Assembly: GCA_014192425.1 (NCBI GenBank)
Contig: BJHK01000020.1
Span: forward strand, 1,068-65,067
Length of the DNA: 64,000 nucleotides
Reading direction: 5' to 3'
From: Planctomycetia bacterium
GTDB lineage: Bacteria > Planctomycetota > Planctomycetia > Pirellulales > UBA1268
Part shown: piece after piece, positions 46,689 to 56,921 of the stretch
Numbering within the stretch: the first letter of the stretch is position 1
Layout of the letters: every line of letters starts with the position of its first letter
Notes under the pieces: model-generated
Seen by the model: the letters and a program-made list of their open reading frames with translations, nothing else
Database searches by the model: none
What the model was told of the DNA's origin: nothing
Program-made: the position numbers and the translations under genes

Positions 46689-48137
46689 TCAGCAGCCCTT
46701 CTTGCAGCCCAGCAGGCCCTTGTGGGACTTGCCGCAGCCACCCTTGCCAGCGGCCGCGCCGCCGTTGCCGCAGGCGTCACCGGCGTCGCCGGCCGGAACC
46801 TGCTCCTCGACGCAACGGTTCACCGTGGTGCAGACCTTCTTGGTGACCTTCTTGGGCACGCGGACGACATACGACTCGGTCTTCGTCTCGCAGACGTTGT
46901 CGCTGACGCACACGCTGTAGGTCTCGGACTTCGCAACCGGCACGTTGACCGTGTAGCAGACGTCCTTCGACCGCTTCTCGGCCACGCACCGGTTCACCGT
47001 GATCTCACGGGTCCGCGTCTCGCAGCGGCTCTTCGCCACGCACACCGTCTTGGTCCGGCACTCCGGAACCAGCTTGGTGACGCAGTAGTTCGCCGACCGC
47101 TCCTCGCACCGGCTCTTGTGCACGCAGATGGTCTTGGTCCGGGTTTCCGGGACCATCTTCGTGACACAGTAAGAGCGGGTCCGCTCCTCGCACCGGCTCT
47201 TGGCGACGCACACCGTCCGGCTCCGCTCTTCGCAGCGGAACTTCTTCACCTTGTAGGTGAAGGGGACCTGCTCGCACTCGGTCTTCCACGTGGTGACCTC
47301 GATCTCCTTGGTCTCGCACGTCGGCACCCACTTGCGGCAGCAGACGACCTTCGGGCAGCAGGGATTGCCGGCGGCGTCATACTTGCCGTTGGCGGAAATC
47401 TCCTTGGCCTCGGTCACCCAGTGGCCGCCCCGGCAGGTCACGGTCTTCGTGCCCTTGACCGGCACGCGCTTCGAGACCGTGCGGAAGCCCGTCATGTCCT
47501 CGAAGTACGGGACCTGCACCTGGAACGACTGCTGGATCTGCTCGGTGTACGGCACGTTCACCTTGTAGGTGGCCGTCCGCTCTTCCTTGACGGGCACCAT
47601 CACCGTGTAGGTCTTCTCGACCTGCTCGGTGTAGGGCACGTTCACCTTCCACGTCCGCGTCTTCTCCTCCTTGACGGGCACCATCACCGTGTAGGTCTTC
47701 TCGACCTGCTCGGTGTAGGGGACGTTGACCTTGTACTCCACCGTCTTGGTCTCCGGCACGTTGACGTTGACGGAGTACTCGACCGTCTTCGTCCGCGTCT
47801 CCGGCACCATGACCGTGAAGTTCCGCGTCCGCTCCTCGATCCGGGGCACCTTCTTCGTGACCTGGAAGGAACGCTCGCGGACCTCGGTCCCCCACTCGGT
47901 GACCTCGATCTCACGCACCTCGGGCACCTGCTTCCAACGCTTCACCGTCCGCATGCCGGCGGCGTCGTCGGCCGCGGCAGCGGGGGTGGGTGCGGCAGCG
48001 GCGTCACCGCCGCCCACCAGCACGGAACCGTCCGCCTTCGGTGCGGCCGGCTCCTCGCCACGGACGAACGCACCGCCGACGCACACGCCGGCAGCCGCCA
48101 CCCACGGCAGGAACTTGAACGTCAATCGCTTCTTCAC
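46689..48137 (-). CDS. Secreted YTV-repeat / cysteine-rich repeat protein (planctomycete cell-envelope type)
   Basis: GTG at 48137 is preceded by GGAGG (5-nt spacer). Signal KKRLTFKFLPWVAAAGVCVGGA. Repeats ..VNVPYTEQVEKTYTVMVPVKEE.., then 7-8 Cys-rich units (C[VE]xKSRCEERxRxxCVTKxVPExRTKT), then a Gly/Cys/Lys tail. Confidence 0.85.
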   Translation of the reverse strand: MKKRLTFKFLPWVAAAGVCVGGAFVRGEEPAAPKADGSVLVGGGDAAAAPTPAAAADDAAGMRTVKRWKQVPEVREIEVTEWGTEVRERSFQVTKKVPRIEERTRNFTVMVPETRTKTVEYSVNVNVPETKTVEYKVNVPYTEQVEKTYTVMVPVKEEKTRTWKVNVPYTEQVEKTYTVMVPVKEERTATYKVNVPYTEQIQQSFQVQVPYFEDMTGFRTVSKRVPVKGTKTVTCRGGHWVTEAKEISANGKYDAAGNPCCPKVVCCRKWVPTCETKEIEVTTWKTECEQVPFTYKVKKFRCEERSRTVCVAKSRCEERTRSYCVTKMVPETRTKTICVHKSRCEERSANYCVTKLVPECRTKTVCVAKSRCETRTREITVNRCVAEKRSKDVCYTVNVPVAKSETYSVCVSDNVCETKTESYVVRVPKKVTKKVCTTVNRCVEEQVPAGDAGDACGNGGAAAGKGGCGKSHKGLLGCKKGC

Positions 48138-48365
48138 GGAAACCTCCAGAGGGAAAGGGAACTCTCGACCTTTTGGGAACACGTGTTCCAGGCTCCGCGC
48201 GAAACCATCCCCAAACGAGGGATTTCCCGCGGTGAAGCCCGGCGGAGATCGCCGGCGGCCGTCCCCCGCCCGATCAGGAACCCATCCGTTGAGTTCCCGC
48301 GACCGGGAGGGTTTGCGCCGCCGGCAAACTCTCGTCAGAAGATCGTGCTTCGCCGACCGAAAAAC

Positions 48366-48551
48366 TCAGCGTCGTTCGCCGAAGTCTGATCGTGTCGGTT
48401 CTGCCGGTGGCACGGGGGGCTGCTCGCAGCCGCGGCCCATCGGGCCCCCTTCGCAGCACGTCTCGAGAATCGCCCCGCACGTCCGGCAGACGAGTTTGGC
48501 GCGGATCTCGTGCGTCTCGCCCTGGCAGATCGGGCAGCGGGGCTGGCTCAT
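48366..48551 (-). CDS. Small zinc-ribbon protein (61 aa)
   Basis: MSQPRCPICQGETHEIRAKLVCRTCGAILETCCEGG has two CxxC pairs. ATGA overlap with the upstream hydrolase stop. Confidence 0.6.
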   Translation of the reverse strand: MSQPRCPICQGETHEIRAKLVCRTCGAILETCCEGGPMGRGCEQPPVPPAEPTRSDFGERR

Positions 48552-49408
48552 GGAGACGCAGTATACGGCGCGGTCGTCTCCAGGAACCGCTCCACGACCG
48601 CGATGAACTCCGCCGGCGCGTCGGCATGCACCCAGTGACCCGCCGGGGGAATCGTCTCGATCGTCGCCGCGGGAAAGAGCCGGCCGATCTCGGCCGCGTG
48701 CCGGGGCTCGAGGTAGTCGGACCGGCCCCCGGCGACGAACAGCGTCGGACCGGGATACGCGGTCCCCTGGGGAATCGCGGGAAAGCCGCGGATCGCCTCG
48801 AAGTGCCGCTCCAGCGCGTCGAGGTTCACGCCCCACGACAGACCGCCGGGCCCGTTGGCGAGGTTCTGCATGAGAAATCCGCGGATAGCCGGGTCGGCGA
48901 CCGCCGTGGCCAGCGCCGCGTCGGCGTCGGACCGCGCGCGGCAGGTGGCGAGATTCACGCCCCGCATCGCCGCCAGAAAATCCCGCGGGGCCCCCTGCGA
49001 CACGGCCGGCGCGATGTCGACGACGACCAGCCGCGAGACGAGATCGGGCCGCGTCAAGGCCACGAGCATCGCCACCTTGCCCCCCATGCTGTGGCCGAGG
49101 ACCGTCGCCGGCCCGCCGACCCGCTGCTCGATCAGCCGGACGACGTCGACGGCCATGGCGGGGTAGGTGTGGTCGTCGTGCCAGGGACTCGCGCCGTGGT
49201 TTCGCAGGTCGGCCCACAGGACGCGCCGGCGGCTGGCGAGCGCCTTGGCGACGGTCGCCCAGTTGCGCTTCGCCCCGAGCAGGCCGTGAAGGATCACCAG
49301 CGGCGACCCGGCCCCGCTGTCGTTGCACGCCAGTTCGACCGTCACCAGCTCCTCCACCAACCCGGCGTTGCCGTCACGGCCGCAGGCCAGAAAAGCCGAC
49401 CCGCTCAT
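48548..49408 (-). CDS. Alpha/beta-fold hydrolase (YbfF-like esterase)
   Basis: PLVILHGLLGAKRNW, RNHGASPW, nucleophile elbow GHSMGGKVAM, C-terminal AGHWVHADAP. ATGA overlap with the upstream gene. Confidence 0.85.
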   Translation of the reverse strand: MSGSAFLACGRDGNAGLVEELVTVELACNDSGAGSPLVILHGLLGAKRNWATVAKALASRRRVLWADLRNHGASPWHDDHTYPAMAVDVVRLIEQRVGGPATVLGHSMGGKVAMLVALTRPDLVSRLVVVDIAPAVSQGAPRDFLAAMRGVNLATCRARSDADAALATAVADPAIRGFLMQNLANGPGGLSWGVNLDALERHFEAIRGFPAIPQGTAYPGPTLFVAGGRSDYLEPRHAAEIGRLFPAATIETIPPAGHWVHADAPAEFIAVVERFLETTAPYTASP

Positions 49409-50004
49409 CGTTTGGCACCCGCGGCGGGCTTCTGTTTCCGGCCCGGCTCGACGAGCAGGGCCTCGAGCCGGTCGGTGACGAGCTCGTCCCGCTTGTCACG
49501 CAGCCGCACGATCTGCCGATCATACCAGGCGGCCGACCGCTGCTTGCGGTAGGCGAGCTGTTCGGCACGGGCATCGATCTCAACGCCGATCGCCGCGCGG
49601 ATGTCAGGTTCGAGCTTCGCCCGGGTCTTCTTCGAGTCGGCCATCCAGCGGGCGACGAGGAGGTCGATCCGCGTCCGCGCCTGCCAGGCCCGGAGCTCCA
49701 GTTCGTAAAGCCGCTCGTCCTTCGCCCGGCTGGCGGCGAGCGCACGCACGGTCTCGTCGAGGTCCGCGACCGCCGCGGCATGGTCGGCGGGCTTCCGCTT
49801 CTCCAGACGGTCGAGCAGCTCGGCGAGCTCCGGTTGGTGCGCGCCAACGAAGGCCCGGACCCGCTGCGCCCGTTCGGCATCGGTCGCGGCGGAGGCTCCT
49901 GGCTGTTGCGGCGCTGCTGAGCCGCCCGGGGCGGCCGCGGCCTGCCGATCGGCAGCGGTGATCAAGAGCAGCGCCGACGCCACGACTTTCCTCGCGGTAC
50001 GCAT
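49405..50004 (-). CDS. Hypothetical exported coiled-coil protein
   Basis: ATG at 50004. Signal MRTARKVVASALLLITAA. The remainder is a charged helical repeat-like sequence (ELELRAWQARTRIDLLVARW...). Lies in the ECF sigma operon. Confidence 0.65.
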   Translation of the reverse strand: MRTARKVVASALLLITAADRQAAAAPGGSAAPQQPGASAATDAERAQRVRAFVGAHQPELAELLDRLEKRKPADHAAAVADLDETVRALAASRAKDERLYELELRAWQARTRIDLLVARWMADSKKTRAKLEPDIRAAIGVEIDARAEQLAYRKQRSAAWYDRQIVRLRDKRDELVTDRLEALLVEPGRKQKPAAGAKR

Positions 50005-50072
50005 GAAACACATGTCTGATTTCCTCGTTTCCATCCGGCCACCGTGAATCACCCGCTGGGATGCCATCCGCT

Positions 50073-50705
50073 CTAGCCCGCGTCCGGAGCAGCGGAATCC
50101 AACGCGTCGTCCACGAGGGCGGCGATGAGCCAGTCGGGCGGCGTGGCGACGCCCTCGGGTGTCGCGGACGGTTCCGCATCCGGCCCGCTGGCCTCTGCCG
50201 CCGACGCCGCGTCGATCGCCACAAGGGTCTCAGCTTCGGCACCGTGCGCCAGGGCGAGCCAGTTGTCGGCACAGCGGTCAAGGTCCGCCTCTGCGACTCC
50301 GGGCCAGCCGGCTCGGCGGGGCGGTTGCGAGATCACGACGGCCACCAGCAGGCCGGCCGCGATCGCCAGCGACGTCGGCCACAGCCAGGGGTTTCGTTTC
50401 CGGGCGGCGGCCGAGGCAGCGACGCGCTGCCGAGGACGCGCGGCCGACGTCGGTTCCTTGGCCGGTGCAGCGACGCCAGGCTCGGCGGCCGTGTCGCCGA
50501 GCAGGCCGGCGTGGGCGAGACGCAGCATTGCGCCCTCGAGCCTCAGGTACGTGGCGAGCGTCCGGCGGGCGTCGACCGAGGTGGCGAGCAGGTCCGCGAG
50601 CCGGCGCTGGCCGGCCGGATCGAGGCCGCCGTCGAGGTGCTGCACGATCAGGTCGTCGAGCACGCGATCCGGAGGCACGGCGCGGTGCGTGTCGTCAGTG
50701 GTCAT
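50073..50705 (-). CDS. Anti-sigma factor (single-pass membrane protein)
   Basis: N-terminus LDDLIVQHLDGGLDPAGQRRLADLLATSVDARRTLATYLRLEG is typical of planctomycete anti-sigma proteins. TM segment WLWPTSLAIAAGLLVAVVI. ATGA overlap with the sigma gene. Confidence 0.75.
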   Translation of the reverse strand: MTTDDTHRAVPPDRVLDDLIVQHLDGGLDPAGQRRLADLLATSVDARRTLATYLRLEGAMLRLAHAGLLGDTAAEPGVAAPAKEPTSAARPRQRVAASAAARKRNPWLWPTSLAIAAGLLVAVVISQPPRRAGWPGVAEADLDRCADNWLALAHGAEAETLVAIDAASAAEASGPDAEPSATPEGVATPPDWLIAALVDDALDSAAPDAG

Positions 50706-51241
50706 GATGTCGTTCCCTGCGGTCGTGCCAGTTTCGACTGCACGCAGTCATGGAGCATCCGCCGCGTCCGCGACAGGGCCCGCTGCACGGCCGCGCCCGT
50801 CCTGCCGACGGCGGCGCCGATGGCGTCGAACGACCCGCGGCCCTCGTACCGCATCGCGACCATCGTGCGTTGCACGTCGGGCAGTCGGCCCGCACAGTCC
50901 TTGAGCGCGTCGAGTTCACGCTGCCGCTGAACCATGTCGGTGGCATCGTCGCTGAACGCCCGGTCGATCTGCTCGAGAAGCTCCGGCTCGGTCGGCGGGC
51001 AGCGGGCCGCCCGCCCCCTGGCCCGGATGTAGTGCAGCGCCTGCCGGCGCACGATCTCCTTGGCCCAGGCGCGGAAGTCGCGGATCGGGCCCTCCGCCGC
51101 GGTCGAATGCTGCATGATCACGACGGCCGCGTTCTGGAAGATCTCCTCGGCCGCGTCGAGGTCGCGGACCATCGCCATCAGGTAGGCCATGAAGTCCCCC
51201 TGGTGACGGAGCATGTCCTTGATCAGTGCCGGGTCGTTCAT
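50702..51241 (-). CDS. ECF RNA polymerase sigma factor (Planctomycetes/Verrucomicrobia type)
   Basis: Region 2, DAEEIFQNAAVVIMQH...FRAWAKEIVRRQALHYIR. Region 4, GRGSFDAIGAAVGRTGAAVQRALSRTRRML. 179 aa. Confidence 0.88.
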   Translation of the reverse strand: MNDPALIKDMLRHQGDFMAYLMAMVRDLDAAEEIFQNAAVVIMQHSTAAEGPIRDFRAWAKEIVRRQALHYIRARGRAARCPPTEPELLEQIDRAFSDDATDMVQRQRELDALKDCAGRLPDVQRTMVAMRYEGRGSFDAIGAAVGRTGAAVQRALSRTRRMLHDCVQSKLARPQGTTS

Positions 51242-51349
51242 GCGGGGGGCGGGTGATGGTGAGGCGGGATCGAGGACGTGAGGGGCCGGTGATGGACCCC
51301 ATCAACCGGCCCGGGGGCTCGTTGGCGAGCCCCGCGGGCGGCGGTCGTT

Positions 51350-51673
51350 TCAGGCGGACTTCTTCCGTGACTCCCGCCCGACATTCTTGCCGGCCTCGAG
51401 CGGTTTGTCGCCCTGCGACTTCTTCCGCGCAGCCTTGGCCTTCGGCGGCGCGGACTTGTCGGCTGGCGTGTCCGTCTTCTTCGCCGCCTGTTCTTGCTTC
51501 TTCGCCCGCTTGGTCTCCGGCGCGACCGTCTTCACAGCGGCCTTGTCGGCCGGCTTCGCCTTGCCGACGGCCCCCGTCCGCTCCCCCGCCATCGTTGCGG
51601 CCGGGGCCGCTGCCGTCGCCCCCACGATCACCACCATCACCGCCAGCGCCATCAACACACGAAACGTCTTCAT
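51350..51673 (-). CDS. Small secreted Lys/Ala/Pro-rich low-complexity protein
   Basis: AAGGAG lies 8 nt upstream of the ATG at 51673. Signal MKTFRVLMALAVMVVIVGATAAA. Then a KAKPADKAAVK...KAKAARKK type sequence. Confidence 0.6.
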   Translation of the reverse strand: MKTFRVLMALAVMVVIVGATAAAPAATMAGERTGAVGKAKPADKAAVKTVAPETKRAKKQEQAAKKTDTPADKSAPPKAKAARKKSQGDKPLEAGKNVGRESRKKSA

Positions 51674-51836
51674 GACCATCGCTCCTTTTCCGGCCTGTCC
51701 TGTTCCTGGAATCCGACTCGGATTCGAGCCCGCCGCCGACGGCGTCGGCTCCTGCGTGCTCACCATCCAAGTACCGAACCCCGCCCGGGCAGACAAAAAA
51801 ATTTGTCAGGCCACTGCGCAGCCTGTTTTCCGGCCA

Positions 51837-52623
51837 TCAGCCCAGCCAGACCTGCCGGGCGAGCCGGAGGAGGTCGCCGATGCTGCGCCGCGTCTCGGCG
51901 AAGTCGGCCTTGCTCGAGCCACGGGTGCGGTCGACGAACGTGATCGGCACCTCGACGATCCGCGCCCCGGCCCGGTGCAGGAGCCAGAGGAGCTCCTCCT
52001 GGAAGGCGTAGCCGCGGGCTCGGGGAGGCTGGATGCGATCGAGGAGCGCGAGCCGGACCGCGCGAAATCCCCCCGAGGCGTCGCGGACCGGCACCCAGAG
52101 CACCCAGCGGGTGAACCAGCAGACCAGCCGGCTGGCGACGTGACGCGACAGCGGCCAGCCGACGGTGCTGCCCCCCGGCACGCGGCGCGAGCCGATGGCG
52201 AGGTCCGCCGGGCGGCCGCCGACCGGCTCCAGCGCCGCCAGGAGCCGGGGCACGTCGTCGGGGTCGTGGCTCAGGTCGGCGTCCATGTAGACGGCGATCT
52301 CGAAGCCGCGTCGGCGGGCCTCGCCGAGCCCCTCGAGGATCGCGGCCCCGAGGCCGCGGCGGCCGCGGCGCACGAGGACGTGCAGCCGTGGCTCGGCGGC
52401 CGCCTTCTCCAGCGCGATCCGGCCGGTGCCGTCGGGGGAGTCGTCATCGATGACGAGCAGCTGGAGGTCGTCCCGCGCCGCCAGCACGCGGTCGATGAGC
52501 GTGGCGATGTTCTCGCGCTCGTTGTAGGTCGATGCCGTGACGAGCACCCGGCCCGGCGGCCAGGGCTCGGCGGAACGGAGATCGGCTGCGGGTGAGTCGG
52601 CGCTGGTCGTCACGTCCTGATTC
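51837..52623 (-). CDS. Polyprenol-phosphate mannosyltransferase-like GT2 glycosyltransferase
   Basis: VLVTASTYNERENI, LLVIDDDSPDGTG, MDADLSHDP, GSRRVPGG, DASGGFRA. Probable GTG start at 52623. The 587-aa track ORF is an over-extension. Confidence 0.8.
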
Positions 52624-52681
52624 TGGCCTCGGATCGGGGCGGCGTCACGGGACGATCGCGGATGCCGGGCGAGACGCGGTG

Positions 52682-53400
52682 TCAGCCGACGAGGATCACG
52701 ACCAGTTCCCGCGGCCCGTGGGCCCCGAGGACGAGGATCCGCTCGATGTCGCCGGTCCGGCTCGGACCGGTGATGAACGAGAGCATGCTCGGCAGCCGGC
52801 TGCCATGCCGCTCGCGGGCCCGGGCCAAGGCGTCGGCGAGCGTGCCCACGACCTGCTCGGCCGTGGCGATGACGACATGCACGTGGGGCAGGACCGAGAG
52901 CGACCGCCCGCCGCAGGTGGCGCTCGACACGAGCACCGAGCCGGTCTGGGCGACGAGCGACTCGCAGGTGGTGACGCCCGCATCGCAGGCCTCGAGGGCC
53001 TGCTTGTCGAAGGCGCCGTCGTCGACGCGGTGCGTCGGGCACCCGACCGTCGCCGTCGCCGCGGCGACGAGGGGATCGCCGTGGATTGCCAGCCGGCGCC
53101 AGCCGCGGTCGCGAGCCCTGTCGGCAATCACGGCCGCCGCCGCAGCGGTGTCGGCGACGTGGATGAACTCGGCGCGGAGCCGCGCGAGGTTGTCGGCGAG
53201 GATCCGGCGCTGCTCGTCCGGCGTCTCGCCGCCGTCGGGCAGCCAGGGGCGGCCCGCCTCGGCCGGGAGGATCGACAGTGCCCCGGGTTGGGCCGGCTCC
53301 GCGGCATGCGACCGCAGATGGGGCGGCGGCGCCGGCAGCTGCAGGGCCTCGCGCACCCGGGCGAGGATCACCCCTTCCGCCGAGTCGTCGTCGCGCCGGC

Positions 53401-53419
<19 letters not shown>
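52682..53419 (-). CDS. lutC: Lactate utilization protein C (LUD domain)
   Basis: ESLVAQTGSVLVSS...VLPHVHVVI....V..L.......LPSMLSFITGPSRTGDIE matches the LutC/YkgG pattern. Start uncertain (ATG 53419, or GTG 53404 overlapping the lutB stop). Confidence 0.8.
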
Positions 53420-54836
<1,417 letters not shown>

Positions 54837-54840
<4 letters not shown>

Positions 54841-55577
54841 GCCCGGCCTCCGTCGAGGAGCGCGTCCCCCGCGAGCACCTCGGCGAGGTGGATCGTCCGC
54901 GGCTTCTTGCCTTGCCGCGACAGCCAGCCGTCGAGCTGCAGCTGGCAGGACGGGTCGCTCGACACGATGTAGTCGCACTCGGTGCGGGCCAGCGACGAGC
55001 CCTTCACCTCGGCCATCGCCGTGGAGATCATCGGAAACTTGACGCTGAACAGGCCGCCGAAGCCGCAGCAGCTCTCCGGCTCGTCGCACTCGACGAGCTC
55101 CAGGTCGCGGACCGCCCGCAGCAGCCGGCGCGGCTCGTCCTTGACCCGCAGCTCGCGCAGGCCGTGGCAGCCGTCGTGGTAGGTGACGCGGTGCGGAAAG
55201 CGGGCGCCGACGTCCTCGACGCCGAGCCGGCGGACGAGGAACTCGCCGAACTCGTAGGTCCGCGCCGCCAGGTCGTTGGCCGCCTGCTCCTGCGGCGTGC
55301 CGGCGAGGAGCTGCGGATAGAAGACGCGGAGCATCGCCACGCACGACCCGCTCGGCCCGACGACCGCCTCGGCACCGGCGAAGACGTCGAGGGCGTGGCG
55401 GGCGACCTGCCGGGCCTCGTCCCAGAAGCCGGAGTTGAAGCTCGGCTGGCCGCAGCAGGTCTGGGCGGGGCGAAACTCACAGGCGTGCCCGAGCCGTTCG
55501 AGCACCGTGGCCACGGCGAGGCCGACCCTGGGCACGAGTTGGTCCACGAAGCAGGGGATGAACAGGCTGACCTTCAT
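54837..55577 (-). CDS. lutA: Lactate utilization protein A ((Fe-S) oxidoreductase, CCG domains)
   Basis: MKVSLFIPCFVDQL.P.VG.A...VLERLG......P..QTCCGQP, second CCG motif ESCCGFGG. Confidence 0.88.
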
Positions 55578-55611
55578 ACAAGAAGTGTAGCCTGCCGGCA
55601 GCCCCCGGCGG

Positions 55612-56535
55612 TCAGGGCTTCTTCACGCCCGCATACGAATAGTTCGAGACCGTGTCCCAGGCGATCTGCTGGAGGATCCGGCGCTGCTCCTCGGTGATCG
55701 GTGCCAGTTCCGCGAACGACTTCGGGTCGGTCGCCTTCGACTTGCCGCCGCCCCATGTGATGCCCGAGAAATCGGGATTCAGGCCGACGGGCGAGATCCC
55801 GTGCAGCGTGGCGACGTTGCAGTAGCCGAACAGCGCGCGGATGTGCGAGCCGGGAACCCACATGTTGCCCTCGAACCACAGTTCCGAGGGGTCGGTGACC
55901 CCGGGGAATTGGCCCGCGGCCACCATCTCGATGAGCTTGCACACCGCCTCCTCGACGGGTGAGATCACCATCACCTGCCGGCCGTGCTTCTCGTTGATCT
56001 GGTCGGTCAGTTTCTCCAGGGCACGGAGTCCCTCGGGAGGGGCTGTCCGGGGCTTCCAGGCCAGCACGTCCTTGTCGCCACGGCGTTCGTACGGGGGCCA
56101 GTACCACGACTGCCAAACGAGGCGGAACTTCGGATTGTTCATCACGCCCATGTCGCAGAGAACCGCCGGCGTCGAATCGAGCCCGACATGGCCCGACCAT
56201 GTTTCAGCGTTCGGGAAGGACTGCGGCGTCGCGAGCAGCAGCACGTCGAACTCGCCTTGCTTGAGCGGCTCCATCCGCGTGTTGTTCAGGCCTTTCTCCC
56301 CCTTGATGTCGTGCCAGGTGCCGATGTACGGCCCGCTCTTCATCTGGAGACCCTCGATGCCCATCGCCTCGGCGACGGGTTTCTCGCCCCCGAACAGCAT
56401 CAGCATGTGGCCGACCCGGACACCGGCCGGTTTCGCCGGCTTCGGCTCCTCCGCCATGGCGGCAGTCGCGCAGGCCAAGAGGCCGAACGCACTCAGAATC
56501 CCTGCCGTGAACCGATGGCGATTCATGGGAAACAT
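55612..56535 (-). CDS. Hypothetical exported protein
   Basis: 307-aa ORF with signal peptide FTAGILSAFGLLACATAAMA and non-repetitive, protein-like composition. Family not recognised. Alternative ATG at 56526. Confidence 0.7.
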   Translation of the reverse strand: MFPMNRHRFTAGILSAFGLLACATAAMAEEPKPAKPAGVRVGHMLMLFGGEKPVAEAMGIEGLQMKSGPYIGTWHDIKGEKGLNNTRMEPLKQGEFDVLLLATPQSFPNAETWSGHVGLDSTPAVLCDMGVMNNPKFRLVWQSWYWPPYERRGDKDVLAWKPRTAPPEGLRALEKLTDQINEKHGRQVMVISPVEEAVCKLIEMVAAGQFPGVTDPSELWFEGNMWVPGSHIRALFGYCNVATLHGISPVGLNPDFSGITWGGGKSKATDPKSFAELAPITEEQRRILQQIAWDTVSNYSYAGVKKP

Positions 56536-56610
56536 TGCTCCTGTTCTCGTGACACCCTACCGGCGCCGCTCGATCGCCCGGACCAGCGCCGCGGCCATGT
56601 CGGCCGAGGA

Positions 56611-56727
56611 TGAGGATAGGTCGGCCAATGGCCCATCGGCAAGCGTCGGCCTGGCGGGGCGGATCATGAGGAGCAAGATCCGGGACCGGTCGGGCTGGAT
56701 ACGGCCCGATTGTGGAGGTGCCTGTGA
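56611..56727. repeat. 117-bp direct repeat, copy 1 (identical to 58456-58572)
   Basis: Base-by-base comparison of TGAGGATAGGTCGGCCAATGGCCC...GATTGTGGAGGTGCCTGTGA shows 117/117 identity between the two copies. Confidence 0.95.
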
Positions 56728-56921
56728 GCTCCCTATCCGTACTCAAGGCCGGATTTTTCTCGTTGGCGCAGAGCTCCTCGCCGAGGCCGAGGGGAATGCG
56801 GCCGAGGCGGAGAAACAGATGGCCCTCGCCGCCGGCCCTTACCGGATGGATCATTTCATGGGCAAGATCGCCCAGCTCCATTGCCGGCTCCGCGGCTGGA
56901 AACCGGCGGAGTGATCCGCGA

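Noticed and set aside
46503-48389. 628-aa ORF antisense to the YTV-repeat gene
   Set aside because: Its periodic LGHA/LRD repeats are just the mirror of the YTV/Cys repeats. The sense frame has an SD, a signal peptide and a known repeat family.
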